Source: Barthelona sp. PCE
Lineage: Eukaryota
Reading direction: 5' to 3'
Assembly: GCA_040285745.1 (NCBI GenBank)
Contig: JAUFOR010000005.1
Coordinates: 124,001 to 188,000, forward strand
DNA length: 64,000 nt
Made by a program: the position numbers and the translations under genes. This document shows, one piece after another, positions 59,136-64,000 of this stretch. Below the pieces are notes generated by a model. The model saw only the letters and a program-made list of their open reading frames with translations. It did no database searches and was not told where the DNA came from. Each line of letters starts with the position of its first letter. The first letter of the stretch is position 1.

Positions 59136-61850
59136 TTAATACATCGGTGGGGGAGCTGTGTATGCATTCATATAAGGATCAGCGGGTTGAACCTGCATGT
59201 GCATAGGATCATGAGCGGGCATAATCGCAACATCGTTCAAAATCTCAATGTTTGAATGTGTCTTCTCCACCTTGACGTTCTTGGGCTTAACACAACAGCA
59301 ACCAATACAGAATGTGAGGAAGAGGAGTGTTATACCGAGAACACCGTAGTAACCGTAAGCAGCAAAGGAACCTACGAAACCGTGACAGACGGTATCAATA
59401 ACGAGAGCGTTGTACATGGTACCAAGACCATTACAGCTGAACACATCTTCAAGGAATGCACCCAAACCATCAACAATATCTGTGGATACGTTATCAATAA
59501 TGCCTACAATATTTGACTCGAGGTCACCGGCGATTGAAACGTTGCCACCAAGCATACCACTAGCAGAATCAGAAGCAGTAGCCAAGACATCCTTCACCAT
59601 CTTTGTCATATTAACCTGTTCATTAATGAATGCGTTAACAAGGTCTTCAAGAGGTTGAGTCCAATCAATACCAGATGCAATACAGAATGTGTCCTTAATG
59701 GGTGCAGCCAATTCAAAATCAACAGTGGTGTTACCAAGAGTGATTTCATAAATACCAGTATTGTTAGTAGCTGAATCGCTAACCAAATCAATAACTGAAG
59801 TGAGGGAGGCCGAATCTTCAAGGATTGTGCAACCAACTGAACCAGCTGAACCAATAGTGAAGAAAGCAGTCATAATTACAAGCAAAATGATCATAGTCAG
59901 GAAGAAGAATATGTTAGTCAAGATCTTACCGCACTTCCAAATACAAGGAGAGCACTTGCACCATGTAAGGACAACAAGTAAAATGAGAGGAAGAATAATA
60001 ATGTATGTAAGGGTAGAAAGTGACTCGACGAAAGTGGATACAAAAAGATTAATAATCTTACCAGTTTCATCATTGAAGAGACGCTCTTGGAACTTATCAG
60101 AGGCGGAAGAAGCGACTGTAGGTAACAAGTCAGCAGCAGAGGTGATGAGAGTAGTGACGTTATCAAAGAACTCAACTTTCTGCTCCTGGAAGACGGTAGC
60201 GTTGGCTGGAATATAAGACAGATAATTATCCATCTCTTCAGCACTGGGAATCATTTCAATTACATCAATATTATCAGCAACAATAGCGGTACTAGCAATA
60301 ATAGGACCGAAACTGCTCATGACAGAAGAATACTCAGCGAAATCAAATGATGAACACCAAGCAGTCTGGTTAACGGCATCCTCGTTGTTAGGGTTGGAAA
60401 TATTAGGCATGGGAGGGATAAGGGCACGAATCATCTCAGCAATTTCTGTTGTGTTGACAGCAGTAATCATTTCAACAATTTGTTCCTCCATAGCTGTAAC
60501 GTTCAATGATTGAACAAGTGTATCAGTCATGTTACCAACGAAACCATCAGAGTCGACATCAGAACCAGTTGTGTTCAAAACGTTTGAAAGAGCTGAACCA
60601 GCAACACTGTTCATCATGGAAGAGATAGCGGGGGTGATATCAACAATGACATCCATAAAGCTACTAACGAGCTCGACAACAGCAGTCTCGTTAAGAGATT
60701 CAAGGGAATCAGCAACACTCTCAAGAGATTGGGCAATCTCAACAACGATTTCAGGGTTCTCAGCACAAGGATCGACAGAGTCATCGTCAAGCTGAGCCTG
60801 AAGGTTATTAAGTGTATCCTGATCAGGCATGGCATCAGCCATATCGACTGCGGGACCTAAGACTGCAAGGACATCTTCCTTAGCGGGGAGAGACTCGGCT
60901 GCAGTGACGAGAGTAGAAGCGGCATCCCAAACGGCATCATCATTAAGACCAAATGCATCAAGTGTCGTGTTAACAACTTCTTCAACGGCTTCGGGAACGA
61001 CGGCCAAGACGGCTTGAAGGTTGGGTGCTTGGGATGTAATGGCCTCGAGCGTATCAATAACAGGGGCTCCTGTGACAATGTTGTCGTATGATGAATAAAG
61101 GCCTGACAAACCAGAGGCAGACATACCAAGTAAAATAACAACAACAGTAGCGAGAGCAGAGAGGAAAATCTTTCCACATAAACCAGGTCCCTTCCATTTG
61201 TGATCCTTCTTTTTAGAGCAGCAACATGCACAACAACAACTAATTGGCAGGAACACCAGAAATAGGGTGAACCATAACATGAGGAACACCAAAATGACAA
61301 GGGGAAGAGCGAAAGCAGTAGCAGCATTGGCTCCGTAAACGTTTAAAAGTTTTGCTTGAGTTTCGGTATCAGCTGCTCCAAGAGCGTCCCAGTCGATATC
61401 TTTCTTTGGAAAGTAACCGTACTTGACCTCTCCAGCTTCAGAATCGTAATCAGCAATACCAATGGCAGATAGACTGCTCATACCCTTGATTGCGGATGTT
61501 GCAAGGGAAGAAGCATCACCATCAGCCTTAGGACGAGTTTCAGAACCACCTAATTGCTTCATAATAGAAATAATATCCATACCAACATCGTCGTTAAGCT
61601 GTTGCTTAGTAATAATACCCTCATCAGGGAACATATCATCAACCATCTGTTCAGTACAGTAAGCAGCAATATTATTGATCAAACCCTCTTGAACGTTGGT
61701 TGAAATGGTTGTGGGACCGTTGTAATTGTCAAGATCACAAAAGTCACTGAGCAAAGGTTTTAAATCCAAAATTTCAACATTAAGAACTTCCGACTTAACT
61801 GGCATAGCAACCAGTAAAAGAATTAAAACAATAGAAAATAGTAATTTCAT
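59136..61850 (-). CDS. Prominin/Tweety-like membrane glycoprotein
   Basis: Signal peptide, five TM-like segments with juxtamembrane Cys clusters (CCCACCCS), two large acidic loops with many N-x-S/T sites, C-terminal PPMY. Confidence 0.65.
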   Translation of the reverse strand: MKLLFSIVLILLLVAMPVKSEVLNVEILDLKPLLSDFCDLDNYNGPTTISTNVQEGLINNIAAYCTEQMVDDMFPDEGIITKQQLNDDVGMDIISIMKQLGGSETRPKADGDASSLATSAIKGMSSLSAIGIADYDSEAGEVKYGYFPKKDIDWDALGAADTETQAKLLNVYGANAATAFALPLVILVFLMLWFTLFLVFLPISCCCACCCSKKKDHKWKGPGLCGKIFLSALATVVVILLGMSASGLSGLYSSYDNIVTGAPVIDTLEAITSQAPNLQAVLAVVPEAVEEVVNTTLDAFGLNDDAVWDAASTLVTAAESLPAKEDVLAVLGPAVDMADAMPDQDTLNNLQAQLDDDSVDPCAENPEIVVEIAQSLESVADSLESLNETAVVELVSSFMDVIVDITPAISSMMNSVAGSALSNVLNTTGSDVDSDGFVGNMTDTLVQSLNVTAMEEQIVEMITAVNTTEIAEMIRALIPPMPNISNPNNEDAVNQTAWCSSFDFAEYSSVMSSFGPIIASTAIVADNIDVIEMIPSAEEMDNYLSYIPANATVFQEQKVEFFDNVTTLITSAADLLPTVASSASDKFQERLFNDETGKIINLFVSTFVESLSTLTYIIILPLILLVVLTWCKCSPCIWKCGKILTNIFFFLTMIILLVIMTAFFTIGSAGSVGCTILEDSASLTSVIDLVSDSATNNTGIYEITLGNTTVDFELAAPIKDTFCIASGIDWTQPLEDLVNAFINEQVNMTKMVKDVLATASDSASGMLGGNVSIAGDLESNIVGIIDNVSTDIVDGLGAFLEDVFSCNGLGTMYNALVIDTVCHGFVGSFAAYGYYGVLGITLLFLTFCIGCCCVKPKNVKVEKTHSNIEILNDVAIMPAHDPMHMQVQPADPYMNAYTAPPPMY

Positions 61851-62807
61851 ATCCACTAGGTGTGAGTGATCAACGTGAAAATAAAAAACGGTTTAACACA
61901 TGTGAATAAAATATGCTCCTGAAATTTGAGAAGCTTTTCAAAGCTTTTCACTTCTTGGCATGCGTTATATCATCATGTGAACGCTATAGAACATACAAAT
62001 AGTCAATATAAAGATAAAGAAAGTAGTAAAATAGAAAACAAGTTCTAAATCTGTCCAACATTGTAACCAGGTTAAATAGATAGGCGCTGCTGATTCCAAC
62101 GGCAACATGCATCCAAAAAAAGCCTTGAGCTTAAAACCATCAGTAGACTGAAAAGAACGTATCTTCCTAATTGATAAACGTCTGTTGCTCTTCTATACGT
62201 GGGTGCAAATGTCTTTTTGATGACCCTAGAGTGTAAAAAACATGTAAATTGCCCAAATTCTATCCCTCCTATTTTGGAATCTCCCAAGCATGCAAATTGA
62301 TTCTTAAAAGGATTATAGTGACCGCGTTACCCCCACACTACTGAACGTATCACCAAAATTACATACAATACTCATCACTGTTTTATAATATTGAGTATAC
62401 TCACGTAAAGGACAAGAATGCTCACTTCAACTAATATGTTGGAGCTATACTTATAGTTTGACATTTTTTATATATAAATATCCAAAATAAATGTGCACAC
62501 AATAACCTGCTTCACACAAAGTCGAATTTCTTTCTTTTTGAAAATTTTTAATATCATTTATTATCCTTTAAATATGCAATGCAGCTGCATAGACCATTAA
62601 AATAAGTGAATTAATAAGATATGCTATTGAAACTTCTGTAACATCTGTTTAATATTCTTTTAATACAAAAAAGCTCAGAATTTTTTCAAAAAGCTTCAAA
62701 ATACGTTGATTTCATCTTCCGTTTGTTCAAAAATAGCTCGTTTAGACTTTTCAACCTCTTTCGCGTTCTCTTTCAAATAGAATGCATTGTTTTTCAAAAC
62801 TGCCAGA

Positions 62808-64000
62808 ATGTCCCTTAATCATTTGAATTCACCTGATTATTCATCGAAATCAACGTTTGATGGAACAGAAATAACTCTCTCACTATGTGATGACAGTGAA
62901 AGCATATGGAATCTTTCTGTCACATCTGTGGGCACAAAAACCACACACACAACATCTCTCGACTTTGAATTTTCAAGAATGCTCAGTAGCACAGAAAATC
63001 GAATGCTGACGTGTGGTAATATGTACGGTGCTGTAGGTGCCGTTTGTTGGGACAGTGAAGACGGGACCACCGAAACCCATTACCAAACGTTTATATATAA
63101 TGCTCAATCGATTCAAATTGTTAATAGTGTCATTATTCCATTAAAACAAATTCATATAAGTATCTTTAACAATATCATGGGCGCTCTTTCAGAGGATAGA
63201 ACCGTGTTAATGACATATCTAATCATGGAAGATGGATCTTTAGTGAGAGAAAAAGAATATAGTCTTTTATTGCCTATACAGTCATATATTTTATGTCCTT
63301 ACAAATGGATAATCCTCTTAGAACATCAGCATCAACTGGATAAAAACTCTATAGGTGTTTTTAATCTTGAAACAAAAGAGCATAAGACCTTTGAGATTTT
63401 TGTTACTTTACCATCATTTTCTAACTATAAAGTTTCTTTTCAATATGTATTTAAATTTGAGTCATGCTATTACACCAATGGAGATGAAAATATCCATTTA
63501 ACACTCTCTTTTCTCGATGAAATGACTTATTCGATGAAATACTCAAGTTTAACACATGATAGACAACATAATTACATTGATAATTACGACATTGACATTG
63601 GTTCATCTGTTATTGCTGTTGATTCTATGCATAGCATCAGCAGAAATAATTATTATGATGTTGAGAGAATTATTTTGTGCAAATGTGTTTATGACATGAA
63701 AACTTATAATTTAATTGTTTTACAGGGAAATTTGTTCATACACGCTGACCAGGAGGAAGAAATACCGGTTTATATCAGTTTTAATTCAGATTATAATTAT
63801 TTGTTTCACATATCCAAAAATTTTATTGTTATTGGAGAATGTATCTGCAATGATAAGAGTAGAATAACTGTGTTCAGAAGGAATATTACTTCTTTTGTAT
63901 TCATTGATAGTGTTTATATTGATGTAATGCTTATACATTTGGTTTTAAATACTAACTTTTTAACTTTTTCTTTCAAAAAAGGTGATATATATCATTGCTC
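62808..64000 (+). CDS. Partial hypothetical protein running off the window end (absent from the ORF track)
   Basis: Hand translation: ATG 62808 MSLNHLNSPDYSSKSTFDGTEITL..., no stop through 64000 (about 397 codons); beta-rich composition. Confidence 0.7.
   Translation, partial: MSLNHLNSPDYSSKSTFDGTEITLSLCDDSESIWNLSVTSVGTKTTHTTSLDFEFSRMLSSTENRMLTCGNMYGAVGAVCWDSEDGTTETHYQTFIYNAQSIQIVNSVIIPLKQIHISIFNNIMGALSEDRTVLMTYLIMEDGSLVREKEYSLLLPIQSYILCPYKWIILLEHQHQLDKNSIGVFNLETKEHKTFEIFVTLPSFSNYKVSFQYVFKFESCYYTNGDENIHLTLSFLDEMTYSMKYSSLTHDRQHNYIDNYDIDIGSSVIAVDSMHSISRNNYYDVERIILCKCVYDMKTYNLIVLQGNLFIHADQEEEIPVYISFNSDYNYLFHISKNFIVIGECICNDKSRITVFRRNITSFVFIDSVYIDVMLIHLVLNTNFLTFSFKKGDIYHC

Noticed and set aside
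61860-62800. Long intergenic region as a possible ncRNA or mobile element
   Set aside because: No tRNA cloverleaf, snRNA/snoRNA box set, terminal repeats or transposase recognised by eye; an Infernal/Rfam scan is needed
1-64000. Alternative genetic code, CRISPR array or prokaryotic operons
   Set aside because: Long ORFs translate cleanly in the standard code with TAA, TAG and TGA all used as stops; genes are eukaryotic with spliceosomal introns; no regularly spaced repeats seen

Overview
Gene-dense, intron-poor eukaryotic nuclear DNA, AT-rich, standard genetic code, with about 34 protein genes and very short intergenic gaps. It is not prokaryotic. Content points to a flagellated, probably anaerobic protist, plausibly metamonad-like (inference, no taxon assigned). 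Supporting evidence: axonemal/centriolar genes (DRC1, FAM166-like, CYB5D1, delta-tubulin), ADP-forming acetyl-CoA synthetase beside a GGRTS-type glucose-6-phosphate isomerase, a divergent IscU with a short N-terminal extension, and two 40-44 nt GTATGT...TTTAG introns that the ORF track missed (MKT1-like gene, RPL36). The most unusual region is about 48.7-56.9 kb. It holds two paralogous proteins in which a compact HECT-like domain (Cys kept) is fused directly to an RBR Rcat/RING2-like domain (Cys kept). One is further fused to WD40-like repeats and a protein kinase. They flank a UBZ-less RarA/MgsA AAA+ ATPase, with a BTB/Cys-rich gene alongside. All calls come from motif recognition by eye; no database searches were run. 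No tRNA, rRNA, CRISPR or transposase was recognised.
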